Shown one piece after another: positions 1 through 12,598 of a stretch of 64,000 bases of DNA (its first letter is position 1; every line of letters starts with the position of its first letter). The notes below the pieces were generated by a model, which worked only from the letters and a program-made list of their open reading frames with translations, was not told the origin of the DNA and did no database searches. A program made the translations under genes and the position numbers. Origin of the DNA: Octopus sinensis. Its lineage: Eukaryota. Where the stretch lies: the NCBI RefSeq assembly GCF_006345805.1, contig NC_043004.1:94798001-94862000 (forward strand), written 5' to 3'.

Positions 1-346
1 ACGAGTGACCGAGAGTTGACTTCGACTGAGCGGATAGAGAGAGAGAGAGTTTGAATCCAGTTTGGGACAAAGTACACATCAAAGAATAAGACACAACAAT
101 GATGATTGGATGAAAACACTGGAAACCCGCTGGCTTGACACCATCAGGAGTGATACCAGAATGGACATGGCCAGTCTGAAGGAAGCGGCCCAGGATAGAA
201 CTGACTGGAGGACACTGATCCAACGAGTGACCGAGAGTCGACTTTGACTGAGCGGATAGAGAGAGAGAGTTTGAATCCAGTTTGGGACAAAGTACACATC
301 AAAGAATAAGACACAACAATGATGATTGGATGAAAGCACTGGAAAC
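1..346 (+). mobile_element. Two tandem 3' ends of an RTE-like LINE with (GA)n tails, each followed by the same 77-bp segment
   Basis: 127-269 encodes RWLDTIRSDTRMDMASLKEAAQDRTDWRTLIQRVTES, typical of an RTE ORF C-terminus; 1-49 repeats its end; 50-126 and 270-346 differ at one base. Confidence 0.7.
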
Positions 347-645
347 ATGTAAACATTAAAATTATATAATGTTTCTCATAGCTAAAGACATTAATAGCAA
401 AAACATTAGAAAGGAAGTTAATCTTATTTAAAATGACTATTGTAATGTTTTAGACATTAGATAGCATTTATCCATTCTGTCCACATAATTCCCTGTAAGA
501 CCCTGGAATAAATCTAATGAAGTGTCCAACCCATCCGCCTTACAGAATCAAATTCTAGTACAAACATAAAAAAAAAGCCACACTGATCTTCCTTTCCCTC
601 AGTTGTTCCTCATGCTTTTTCTATCTTTTGTCATCTCTATCTGCA

Positions 646-726
646 TACACACACACACACACACACACACATACACACGCATACACACACACATATATAT
701 TTATATACATATATATATCCTTCGTC

Positions 727-768
<42 letters not shown>

Positions 769-830
769 ATCTCTCTCTCTCTCTCTTTATCTCTCTCTCT
801 CTCTACGTTTCTTTCTCTCCCTCCCCCTCT
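646..830. repeat. (CA)n and (CT)n microsatellites
   Basis: Directly visible. Confidence 0.95.
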
Positions 831-974
831 CACACAACTGATGTTTTCTTTTTATCCAATAATTCTTCTGTCATTAATTTTAAATCTTTCTAAATAAACA
901 TATTTTAACCAGTTTTTTTCTTTTCCTTTCCATATTCATTTGACAGCCTTCATGACAATCTGTCCGGCTCTCCA

Positions 975-1020
975 TTATCATCATCATCACCACCATCATC
1001 CTCATCATCATCATCACCAC

Positions 1021-1075
<55 letters not shown>

Positions 1076-1105
1076 GTCATCATCATCATCGTCGTCGTCG
1101 TCATT

Positions 1106-1153
<48 letters not shown>

Positions 1154-1171
1154 GTCATCATCATCATCATC

Positions 1172-1210
<39 letters not shown>

Positions 1211-1254
1211 CCGTCGTCGTCATCATTATCATCATCATCATCGTCGTCATCATT

Positions 1255-1286
<32 letters not shown>

Positions 1287-1345
1287 TGTCGTCATCATCA
1301 TGATCATGATCATCATGATCATCGTCGTCGCCGTCGTCGTCGTCG
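975..1345. repeat. (CAT)n/(CGT)n trinucleotide array
   Basis: Directly visible; source of the poly-His/Ile ORFs. Confidence 0.95.
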
Positions 1346-1487
1346 TAGTTGCTGCAGTGAGTATTGAAACACTATTAGCAAATAATTTGTTCCATTATCT
1401 TCACCATACTTTATTTCAGATTTTCTACTCAGTTCAACTTATACTATTATTTTAATGAAACTAATGATGATAATGTTGGTATTGGAG

Positions 1488-1845
1488 GCAGTGGTGGTGG
1501 TGGTGGTGGTGGAGGTGGTGGTGGTGGTGGTGTGGTGGTGGTGGTAGTGGTGGTGGTGGTGGTAGTGGTGATGGTGGTGGTGGTAGTGGTGGTGATGGTA
1601 GTGGTGATGGTGGTGGTGGTGGTGGTAGTGATGGTGGTGGTGGTGGTGGTGGTGGAGGCAGTGGTGGTGATGGTGGTGGTAGTGATGGTGGTGGTGGTGG
1701 TGGTGATGGTGGTTGTAGTGATGGTGGTGGTGGTGGTGGTGGTGGAGGCAGTGGTGGTGATGGTGGTGGTAGTGATGGTGGTGGTGGTGGTGGTGGTGGT
1801 GGTGGTGGTGGTTGTGGTGATGGTGGTGGTGGTGGTGGTGGTGGT
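1488..1845. repeat. (GGT)n trinucleotide array
   Basis: Directly visible; source of the poly-Val ORF. Confidence 0.95.
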
Positions 1846-2384
1846 ACGACTAACGTTGATGTTCTTCTTACTGTCCTTGATGCTGTTGCTAGTGTTGCTG
1901 ATGCTGGTAACTTCTATTGTTGTTGATATGACAGCTGCTCTTGTTTGTTATTGCTGTGACTACTGCTGTTATGTTGTGCCTGTTGCTGTTGTTGTTGGTA
2001 CAGTTGTTTCTGGGACTGCTGTTGTTGTTATTGCAATTGTCACTGTTGTCGTATTTACCTAAGGTGCAAGTTTTCTATAGCCCGAAGGAAAAAAAACTTT
2101 GCTTATGAACTTCACAGGTAACTCACAAGTGATTTGAGACATGAGGGAATCGATGCACTTTACATTTCACGGGAAAATTTGCTTCTCAACAATCACAGAA
2201 AAAATACAAGAAGGCATGTCATAATGACAATGTTCTGGAGACATAGTACAGGGTATAGTATTTAGAGTGGGACATGGGAACCTGGATTCAATTTAACCAA
2301 TGAAAGGATAAAAGATTACTAATTTAGGGGTGATGAATAAAAGTGGCGCAAGATCCACCCCCTCTACAGAACAGTGGTCAATAT

Positions 2385-2424
2385 CATCATCAGCAGCAGC
2401 AGCAGCAACAGCATCATCATCATC

Positions 2425-2476
<52 letters not shown>

Positions 2477-3000
2477 TTCATCATCATCATCATCACCATC
2501 ATCATCGTCATCATCCTCATCCTCATCATCATCATCATCATCATCATCCTCATCATCATCATCATTTAATATTTGTCTTCTAAGCTAGCATGGGTGGGAC
2601 GGTACCACAAGAGCCGGCCAGACCAAAGCCTGCACCAGACTTCTATGACTGTTTTGGCAGGATCTTTACGGCTGAATGCCCTTCCTAACACCAACCATTC
2701 AATGGAGTAGGCTTGGTGGTTTTCACAAGGTGCAAGCACAGGCAAGGTCAGTTTTGGCAAGGTTTTTTCGGCTGGATGCTCTTCTGAACACCAAACACTT
2801 TGCAGTGTGGACTGGGTGCTTTTAAGTGTACCTGCACTGACAGGATCACCAAGTACTTGCAAGACAAACACTTTTAAGAGGGGAGGAGGCATTGGAGGAG
2901 GTGATAGTGAAAAGGTTATAGTGAGACTGATACAGGTGTCTCGCTGTAGAGGAAGTACCTGGCTGAAAAGAGAAAAACCAGGAATGAAGACAGAAGCAAG
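2385..3000 (-). mobile_element. Diverged family C variant (RTE-related non-autonomous element) with expanded (GAT)n tail
   Basis: gctagcatgggtgggacgg and gctgaatgcccttcctaacaccaacc match family C; the (CAT)n run at 2385-2565 sits at the tail position. Confidence 0.6.
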
Positions 3001-3199
3001 TGTGTTACCACAAAGAAAATACATGGTTGCTCAACCTGAGAGAAGCATAGGAGAAGGAGAGAGAGTGGGAGACAGCAGGATAAAGATGGTGGCAAAATGC
3101 CAGGCATACTCACAAGGGATGGGGATCAGAATATAAATGAGATGGTTGAATAAAAGAAGAGAGAGATATAGATGGTGGCAAGTGCCATGGCATAGGACA

Positions 3200-3800
3200 G
3201 CACAAATCTGTGACCCAGAGATTAAAGTAGGATAATGAGTGATTCTTGCCAATCTGTTGAGTAGCCTTTCTTTGGATGTGATATGATCTAAGATTTGTAT
3301 AGTAGCAGCACCACCATAATACCAAATGTGAGAGAAGTACTCTTTTGAATGCGTGTGTGGCAGGGGAATTTGACTTGAATTTTCTGAAGAGTCAGTAAGA
3401 TGATGGGCGATTTCTTGCAAATCTGTTGAGTAGCCTTTCTTTGAATGTGATATGATCTACGATGTCAGTATTTTTACAGTAGTAGCACCATTTATTGAGA
3501 GTTGTGTATTTTCAAATCCTAAAACAGAAAGTGATATTTATAATGGAATAGTTATTATTCTGAAGATGTATATTTGCCAGGAAAGATTTTCAGGGATTAT
3601 GGTTGCCTTTTATGGATTGTGGTTGCCTTTTAAAGTTCTGGTATGTGTTGGTTGTGTTTAAAAGGTGATATATCCAAAGATTAGGTCCTCGTACAGTTGA
3701 ACAGAAAAGATTAGTCAATAATTCATTTGAAGGATGTTCTTCAATTCGCTGATCATGGATTCAGTGCTTGTTTTATGTGAGGAATCTAGATTGCTTGTGT
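3200..3800 (-). mobile_element. Possible highly degraded LINE endonuclease region with a local ~80-bp duplication (3241-3330 vs 3409-3492)
   Basis: The duplication is directly visible; the LINE assignment rests on weak protein resemblance only. Confidence 0.25.
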
Positions 3801-4055
3801 GACTAGGGTGAACAAGGTCAGGAATTAATGAAATTGATATTATTTATATATGAATAGATGTTCTTATGTTAACTTTTATAGTTTTTCTCAGCTTTCAACT
3901 TCTGGAAATTTGACAATGTTTGTACAAGCAATTGTGAATGTTGGTACGTGTAATTATTTCTTCGAGCCTTATATATTTTAGGTGTATGTCTGTAAATGTG
4001 TTTGGCTCCTAATATAATAGAGTTTAAAGATTTCTGTATTACTTTTCTGGAAGGA

Positions 4056-4230
4056 TATTTCTTTATTACCCACAAGGGGCTAAACATAGAGGGGACAAAC
4101 AAGGACAGACAAAGGGATAAAGTCGATTACATCTACCCCAGTGAGTAACTGGTACTTAATTTATTGACCCCGAAAGGATGAAAGGCAAAGTCAACTTCGG
4201 CGGAATTTGAACTCACAACGTAGCGGCAGG
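4056..4230 (-). mobile_element. SINE family B (tail 1), 5'-truncated
   Basis: Reverse complement of gcctttcatcctttcggggtcaataaattaagtaccag and the tail ...gccccttgtgggtaataaagaaat. Confidence 0.85.
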
Positions 4231-4489
4231 AGTCATTGCCATAGTCTAGAAGGAAGATGGATACATTTAATTTTTTTGTTCCTATGTTCCTGGGTATTTT
4301 TTTTTTTTGATGACCAATTTTCAAGAAATGTTTTATGTGGATGGTTGCATGGTTTTGGAATACGGGTAAGCTATTTGAAGTTGTTATTGTAAACAGAATG
4401 TGGTGTGACTTTTGTAGTCATTGGTTATCCTTTTACTTACTGGCATTCCATTGGTTATGATAATGAGGGTTGCTGTTTATCTGATTGAC

Positions 4490-4765
4490 AGAACAGCCTG
4501 CTCATGAAATTAAAGTGCAAGTGGCTGAGCACTCCTCAGACACATGTACCCTTGATGTAGTTCTCAGGGAGTTTCAGCATAACACAGAGTGTGACAAAGC
4601 TGGCCCTTTGTGATAGAGGTACTAGTTGTTTTTGCCAGCTGAGTAAACTAGAGCAATGTGAAATAAAGTGTCTCGCACAAGGGCACAATGTGTCACTAGA
4701 AACTGAACTCATGACCTAGCAATCATGAGGCAAATACTCTAACACTAAGCCATGTCCCTTTACAG
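4490..4765 (-). mobile_element. SINE family E (tRNA-like head), sharing its 3' part with family D
   Basis: Degenerate A/B boxes (tggcttagtgttag, gagttcagtttc); 4490-4600 is the reverse complement of about 5020-5125. Confidence 0.7.
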
Positions 4766-4803
4766 TTATTCTTCTATATAGGACTTTACTGTATACATTC
4801 AAT

Positions 4804-5170
4804 GTGGAGGCACAATGGCCCAGTGGTTAGGGTAGTGGAATTGTGGTCATAGGATTGCAGTTTCAATTCCCAGACCAGGCATTGTAACTGTTTATTGAGC
4901 GAAAACACATAAAGCTCAACAAGGCTCCAGCATGGGGTGGTGGTGAACCCTGCTGTACTTTTTCTCTCACTCTTTCTTCCTGTTTCTGTTGTACCTGTAT
5001 TTCGAAGGGCCAGCCTTGTCACACTGTGTCATGCTGAATCTCCCTGAGAATTATGTTAAGGGTACACATGTCTGTGGAGTGCTCAGTCACTTGCACGTTA
5101 ATTTCATGAGCAGGCAGTTCCGTATATCGGATCAGCTGGAACCCATGTCATCGTAACCGACAGAGTACCA
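4804..5170 (+). mobile_element. SINE family D (tRNA-derived head)
   Basis: gtggaggcacaatggcccagtggttaggg...gtttcaattcccagacc; same element at 56675 and 63729. Confidence 0.85.
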
Positions 5171-5917
5171 TGATGTACATGCAATATGTCATTCACTGCA
5201 TAAAAGTTAAGGATATGCCAAGAAGAAAATTTGACTGATATTTCTATCAGATCACAAGGCCACTTAAAGCCTTCCTTAGCAGATTCTCACAAGTGTTGTT
5301 GTTTACAACCAGTTCAGTTTTTGTCAGGCAAGTTTACGGACAAAGTATTACAGATGCGATTATAGAAAAATTTGGCTGCTATATCTAGCAGATCAAGGGA
5401 CCACGTAGAAATCCCTTAATTGTTATTGGTGGCAGCAATGCTAGAACTGGTGGTAGTGCTGATGTTGTTGTTGTTGCTGTCGTTATTTCTATAGTGGTAA
5501 TGGTGAAGGAAGTGATGCCATTGTTGTTGCCGTTCTTGATGTCAGCCTCTCCGACTTTTTGTTTTTGTGTTGTTGTTTCTTCATCATCTTAGCTATCTCA
5601 AGTCTTTAATTACTTTCTTGCAAATTATCATTTTTTTGATATGGCATACTTAGCTATTTCTTAATAAAATTTCATTCTTTCTTATCTTTATTACACACGC
5701 ATGAACAGACACATAAACATTAAAATGTATATATCTATATACATATTATGTGTGTGTATATATGTATATATGTATGTAAGTATGTATGTAAGTATGTATG
5801 TGTATGTATGTATGTATGTATGTATGTATGTATCTATCTATCTATCTATCTATCTATCAATCTATCTATCTCTCTATCGATATCTATATATATATACACA
5901 TACATACATATATATAG

Positions 5918-5974
<57 letters not shown>

Positions 5975-5989
<15 letters not shown>

Positions 5990-6041
5990 ATATACACACA
6001 TACACATATGCACATGTACATATATGTGTTGTGTGTGTGTG

Positions 6042-6075
<34 letters not shown>

Positions 6076-6188
6076 CATATATATATGAGTGTAGATAGGT
6101 AAGAATTATATCTTCAATATAGACAAGTAGCTATAATTATCGATCTATCTTTCCCTAGCACTCTTTTTCTGTTTCTCTCTCTTTCACT

Positions 6189-6237
<49 letters not shown>

Positions 6238-6475
6238 AGAGATAGGAAGTAAATAACAAAATCCAGGTAGACTACTACCAGTCATATACACATATTTTAT
6301 TTATATTTTCATATATATATATGCACATAGACACATGCACTCACTTGCACATGTACACATTCATATAAAAATCACATTTATTTCTCTAAGTGTGTATATT
6401 TTTGTCTTGGGTCATTATATTTGTTTTCACATATAGTTTGGGATATATTTTTTCTACATGTATGGAAATATATAT

Positions 6476-6510
<35 letters not shown>

Positions 6511-6562
6511 TTGTGTGTGTGTATATACACACATACACATATGCACATGTACATATATGTGT

Positions 6563-6608
<46 letters not shown>

Positions 6609-6722
6609 CATATATATATGAGTGTAGATAGGTAAGAATTATATCTTCAAATATAGACAAGTAGCTATAATTATCGATCTATCTTTCCCTAGCACTCTTT
6701 TTCTGTTTCTCTCTCTTTCACT

Positions 6723-6765
<43 letters not shown>

Positions 6766-6996
6766 AAGAGATAGGAAGTAAATAACAAAATCCAGGTAGA
6801 CTACTACCAGTCATATACACATATTTTATTTATATTTTCATATATATATATGCACATAGACATATGCACTCACTTGCACATGTACACATTCATATAAAAA
6901 TCACATTTATTTCTCTAAGTGTGTATATTTTTGTCTTGGGTCATTATATTTGTTTTCACATATAGTTTGGGATATATTTTTTCTACATGTATGGAA

Positions 6997-7020
<24 letters not shown>
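5975..7020. repeat. Tandem duplication of a ~530-bp unit bounded by (TA)n
   Basis: gagtgtagataggtaagaat occurs at 6087 and 6620; the units are near-identical apart from microsatellite lengths. Confidence 0.9.
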
Positions 7021-7028
<8 letters not shown>

Positions 7029-7399
7029 GTCTATTTTATTTTATACTTGTTTATATGAATGCATGTCTATACCTATGAAAGTGATGCACATGTGCATATG
7101 ACTTTACATTTATACCTATTATTTCAGTATATGCTTATATGAATATATACAGATGTTTGATTTTATATAATTACTTCATGGTATATATCATTTATCACTT
7201 CTGTATTTCAGTTACTCTTCTAAAAACTTTACTACATAATATTCTCAGCTATTTTTTTCCTATTTCATTTTCTATTTTCTAAATTAATTTTTTTATAATT
7301 ATTTTGTACATTTTCTCACATTTCCTATGCTATTAATAATCACTTATTATTCACATTGTTTTTATTCTAATACATTTATTTATGTTTTATACTTACTTA

Positions 7400-7800
7400 T
7401 TTGAATTTCACCAAATTTAAAGACGTGGGATTTTTCATATATATTTTTATGTATTTTTATTTTTCCTTCTTCCATTAAGCTTGATGTATTATGAATCTGT
7501 TGCTTCATCGATAATGAAAGAAATTTCACAATAAATATAGCTTACTTTATGTTAAAATAGTTTTTGATATTACCTGCTTATTTTTCAACTTCTAATGTCT
7601 TTGATTGTAACTTTGAATAGTAGACAACATGTCCGAATTATTTTCACAAGTAATTTTTTGCAAGAGAAAGGAAGAATCAAGTTTTCAGGGTGAGTTCATT
7701 TGCAGTCAATGTTGCATTAGCATTTACTATTGTTATTTAGCTTCAGTTTATTCTTGACTCATTACATCAGTGTTTGACAGTAATGGTGTTCCAGTAATAA
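7400..7800 (-). pseudogene. Degenerate hAT (Buster/Charlie-like) transposase fragment
   Basis: Minus-strand translation ENLILPFSCKK...EISFIIDEATDS resembles the hAT ENLILP and FSxxxDExTD motifs; several stops. Confidence 0.45.
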
Positions 7801-7814
7801 CTATTTAGACTTTA

Positions 7815-8260
7815 TCATCATCGTCATCATCATTTAACGTCCGCTTTCCATGCTGGCATGGGTTGGACGGTTCAACTGGGGTCTGGGAAGCCAGAAGGCT
7901 GCACCAGGTCCAGTCTGATCTGGCAGTGTTTCTACAGCTGGATGCCCTTCCTAACGCCAACCACTCCATGAATGTAGTGGGTGCTTTTTATGTGCCACCG
8001 GCACAGGTGCCAGACGAGGCTGGTAAACGGCCACGATCAGATGATGCTTTTTATGTGCCACCGGCACAGGGACCAGACGAAGCTGACAACGGCCACGGTC
8101 GGATGGTGCTTTTTACGTGCCACCAGCATGGAGGCCAGTCGGGCAGCACTGGCTACGGCCACATTCGGATGGTTCTCTTACATGCCACCGGCACTGGTAT
8201 CACAGCTACAAATTCCATTGATGTTGATAGATTACGATTTTGATTTTCACTTGCCTCATC
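7815..8260 (-). mobile_element. Family C element with about four internal ~60-bp tandem units and (GAT)n tail
   Basis: catcatttaacgtccgctttccatgctggcatgggttggacg...ggatgcccttcctaacgccaacc; repeated gtgcttttt(a)tgtgccaccggc units. Confidence 0.85.
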
Positions 8261-8602
8261 TTTATTAAATCTCAGATGCAGATATAACTGTGAAGTTATG
8301 ACTTTTGTTATGATTCCACTGGGCATGGGTCTTCCGTTCAACAGTAGCCTCAGTTTGACCAATGCCTTGTAAGTGGAAATAAGTAGAGTGAAACTGCAGA
8401 GATGTGATGGTTCAATAAAAAAGAAACCAATACAATAAATACAGGACTTATAAGTACTAGGGTTGATTTCATTGACCAAACACCTTCCAGGCAATGCCCC
8501 AACATAACCACAGTTCACCAGCCATGGCTGCTTTCTAACTTTGTTCTTACTTTCAAGGACTTGACATGCACCCATATATGTATTTCCCTGATCGATAGCA
8601 GA

Positions 8603-8874
8603 AATATGATTCCATACTCTGGTGGCACGTAAAAAGCACCATCTGATTGTGGCCATTGCCAGCCTCGTCTGGCACCTGTGCAGGTGGCACATAAAAAGCA
8701 CCCACTACAATCTCGGAGTGGTTGGCATTAAGAAGGACATCCAGCTGTAGAAACACTGCCAGATCAGACTGGGCCTCGTGCAGCCTCCTGGCTTCCCAGA
8801 CCCCAGTTGAACCGTCCAACCCATGCTAGCATGGAAAGCGGACGTTAAACGATGATGATGATGATGATGATGAT
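8603..8874 (+). mobile_element. Family C element, inverted relative to 7815-8260
   Basis: ggttggcattaagaaggacatccagctgtagaaac...ggacgttaaacgatgatgatg. Confidence 0.85.
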
Positions 8875-9999
8875 TTAGAACTTCATTCAGCTATTCGTTT
8901 TATGCAAATGAAATTCCAGTGCCTCAATCTCAAAACAGAAATAAATCAGCTTCCTTTCTGCCTATTGTTTGATAACCTCCACTTCAAACACACTCACACA
9001 TACCACCAGACAAGGAGACATTCACTTTAGTGACACAGCACTGCCATCTTATTTGTTAAAAAGTTATTTTTTGATCTAATAAAGTGTTATACATTTACCT
9101 GAGTTTGTTCTCTCTCTCTCTCTCACTACCTCTCTCTCCATCCCCCCTCTCTCTCTCTCTTTCTCTCTCTCCCTCTCCTCTCTCTCTCACCTTCTCTTTG
9201 TATTCTGTTGTTATGTTGACTAGCATTTAGCAGGGCATTTCTGGTTCTTCTAAAATGAGAAGCAATATTGAAATTGATGTAAACTTTTAGAATACAAATA
9301 TATTTAAAGCATACCCTTTTTGTTTATTCTTGTTACAGGGATGAAGTTTAATACATTTTGAAGGATCCACTGTTTGAAAATAATCCAAAGACAGAAAATT
9401 TTTCATGCATAAACTTGGCTAAAACCCAATCTTTTAGAAGCAGATTGACAACATACCCATTCATGCCAAAACATTGTGATGTTGATGACAATGATGATGA
9501 TGAGGATGATAATGATGATGATGGTGACGATGATGATAATTGCTTAGTATCCGCAAAGTTCTCATACACACAATTCACTGAACGTTAAACACATAAGAAT
9601 TACCAAACATGTCATGCTGGAGGAAGTTTTACAAGAATGAAGAGAAAATTATTGAAGACATAATTCAATGAATGGATTAGAATTTTTAATATTGTATGAA
9701 ATGCGAATAAAATAATATAACACACACAATAAGTAAAACAATTTAAATGTTATTTAGAAAACATTCAGAATCATTCTCTCAGTGGCTAGGTACCGATATC
9801 CACCCCGCTATCCAGGTCTACTATCCATCACTTTGCACTGAGTTCTGATACACTCCTAGACACTTGTTGACATTTTTATCATTAATATATTTTTTCAGTC
9901 AGATGGATTAGGAAATCCCTTCATGCTTGGGTTCACTTTCTTTTAAGTATTCATAATATCCAAGGGAGCATTTTATCAGTATCTTCTCTTATTTTTTAT

Positions 10000-10213
10000 T
10001 TTTTTTTACTTGTTTCAGTCATTTGACTGCAGCCATGCTGGAGCACCGCCTTTAGTCGAGCAAATCGACCCCAGGACTTATTCTTTGTAAGCCCAATACT
10101 TATTCTATCGGTCTCTTTTGCCGAACCGCTAAGTGACGGGGACGTAAACACACCAGCATCGGTTGTCAAGCAATGCTAGGGGGACAAACACAGACACAGA
10201 AACACATACACAC

Positions 10214-10245
<32 letters not shown>

Positions 10246-10423
10246 CATATATACGACAGGTTTCTTTCAGTTTCCGTCTACCAAATCCACTCACAAGGCA
10301 TTGGTCAGCCCAGGGCTATAGCAGAAGACACTTGCCCAAGATGCCACGCAGTGGGACTGAACCCGTGGGACGGAACCATGTGGTTGGTTAGCAAGCTACT
10401 TACCACACAGCCACTCCTGCGCC
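10000..10423 (-). mobile_element. SINE family A (tRNA head, CORE-like segment, internal TA/TG microsatellite), full length
   Basis: Reverse complement of the 11161-11572 copy. Confidence 0.9.
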
Positions 10424-10569
10424 TATGCGTGTTTATCTTACTTTCTACAGTCTCTTCTGTGAGTATTTCACAAACAAACATAACTTTGCAACGTAATTAT
10501 ATCACTTTTGTGCTCTACAACTGTAAAAAGGTAAATACCCACTTTGGTCATAAATGACCACGGGACTAC

Positions 10570-10865
10570 TCCTAGAAAGTTACCCTCTAAGGCACAAGTC
10601 CGGGCAAGGTTTGTTTATGGAAGACTAGCGGTCACCCATGCATGCCAGCTTCCCCTCTCCACACCACTGATGTTATCCAAGGGAAAGGCAAGAGCCATTA
10701 CAACTTGGCACCAATGATGTTGCAACTCATTTCTACAGTTGAGTGAACTAGAGCAACATGAAATAAAGTGTCTTGCTCAAGAACACAACACACTGCCCAG
10801 TCCGGGAATTGAACTCGCTAGCTCATGCTTGCGGGCCCAATGCTCTCACCACCAAGCTATGCTCC
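10570..10865 (-). mobile_element. SINE family E
   Basis: Contains the reverse complement of gtgttcttgagcaagacactttatttcatgttgctc; head near 10860. Confidence 0.7.
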
Positions 10866-11160
10866 TGTGAAATCCTTGACGCTTTATCTGCAAAGGAGGT
10901 TTCCTCACACTTTTTTATTGCATTCTGTTGAAGTTCACTCCACTTTTTGAGGTCTTTAACCTTTTCCTTTCACTTTTAATATCCTGGGAAATAGTTTTCT
11001 CTCATTTTGATTCTCTTCAGTCTCTTCCTGCTAATCACAAGACGATGGAATCGAGATGTTTGTTGCTACAGTTAGGTGATAAGGTACCTAGTCGCTTGTT
11101 ACTAGGACTATATATTAGCTAACCTCTTCAGCTGTTTCCATCATTTCTAGAACAGTAACC

Positions 11161-11572
11161 AGCAGGAGTGGCTGTGTGGTAAGTAGCTTGCTAACCAACC
11201 ACATGGTTCCGAGTTCAGTCCCACTGCATGGCATCTTGGGCAAGTGTCTTCTGCTATAGCCCCGGGCCGACCAATGCCTTGTGAGTGGATTTGGTAGACG
11301 GAAACTGAAAGAAGCCTGTCGTATATATGTATATATATATAAGTGTGTGTGTGTATGTTTGTGTGTCTGTGTTTGTCCCCCTAGCATTGTTTGACAACCG
11401 ATGCTGGTGTGTTTACGTCCCCGTCACTTAGCGGTTCGGCAAAAGAGACCGATAGAATAAGTACTGGGCTTACAAAGAATAAGTCCCGGGATCGATTTGC
11501 TCAACTAAAGGCGGTGCTCCAGCATGGCCACAGTCAAATGACTGAAACAAGTAAAAGAGTAAAGAGAGAGAG
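11161..11572 (+). mobile_element. SINE family A, full length
   Basis: ggagtggctgtgtggtaagtagc (A box), ggttccgagttcagtccc (B box), cttgggcaagtgtctt (CORE-like), tail gtaaaagagtaaag. Confidence 0.9.
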
Positions 11573-12272
11573 TGCTTAAAAATCTGAGGCCTAGTGTTCT
11601 TGTTACTGTAACTGCTACTATCTCTCACTTTTATTTCTCCTTCTGCTTTCCAACACTTACAACACAAAATGCTCTCAAATGGGGTTTTTTTTTGCATCAC
11701 AAATACAACAATGAATCATCTGCCCCATTTGTCTTCATGGGTACAATTCTAGAATGGCATTGTGGTCTTTGAGAGTTATTTAAGTTCATCATAATCTCTC
11801 CCAAACACATGTTTCTTCTCATCACTTATGCATTGGCTACTCGAATGTATTGAGATATGAAAATGAAAAGCCATGAGCCAACATTGTTAACAATGTCCTT
11901 GATCATGATCCTGGTGCATTTTTAATCCAAGAGAAATACAAACTATAAGTGAACAAATATAATTATTGACAAATGAGACACTAGTGTTGTTCATACAACT
12001 GGTATCCTCAATGGAGCTGTCATTAACACTTTACTCTATATTTTGCAACACATGTGCCTCTCCACACAACTTTTCTTATTTCTTTTTATGCATATCATGT
12101 GTAAGTCTTAGTTCTGCATTTTTCGTTTGAAATTTTTATAACCATATTTGATAAATAGACAACAGGGAGAAAAACCAAGTTTTATGTGAAATAACCTTTA
12201 TCTTTCTTCATTTCACTAAAGCCTGCATGAATAAACTCCAAACTTTCTGAACATTTATGAGTACATTCCTGG

Positions 12273-12598
12273 TATGTCCTGGCAGATTTGAACATGAATG
12301 TCAAATTGGTGTTGTTTTTCATCAAAGGTGGGATCACCACTTTCCTTTAGACAATGCGTATTCAAATAATTTGCTTGCTGATTTCTGTAAACAAGGGCTC
12401 ATGTGCTTGTCAGTTTTATCAGATTGAGGGACAGCTCTAACTAAGGAGGCACTCTAAAGGCTGAAACACCACAGTGTCTTAAAGTCACCTTACACATTTA
12501 AATCAAGAGCATTATGAACGCATGTTGTCTAAAGGGAGAAGGTGCTCTCTGTTGATGGAAAACAACCAGATATCCACATTCAAATTTTCCAGAACATA
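12273..12598. repeat. Degenerate inverted repeat (arms about 12273-12384 and 12500-12598)
   Basis: The reverse complement of the left arm aligns with the right arm (ttgtctaaagg, ttgatg-aaaacaac, ttcaaat, ccag-acata). Confidence 0.6.

Noticed and set aside
940-2588. Long poly-His/Val/Ile/Ser ORFs
   Set aside because: Translations of stop-free trinucleotide arrays; no complex coding sequence.
11830-12080. Motif TTGILNGAVINTLL resembling RT/TERT motif B'
   Set aside because: Short, surrounded by stops, with no neighbouring RT motifs.
12198-12345. Apparent minus-strand exon KVVIPPLMKNNTNLTFMFKSARTYQECTHKCSESLEFIHAGFSEMKKDK
   Set aside because: It overlaps one arm of a degenerate inverted repeat, so it is more likely repeat-derived; no family recognised.
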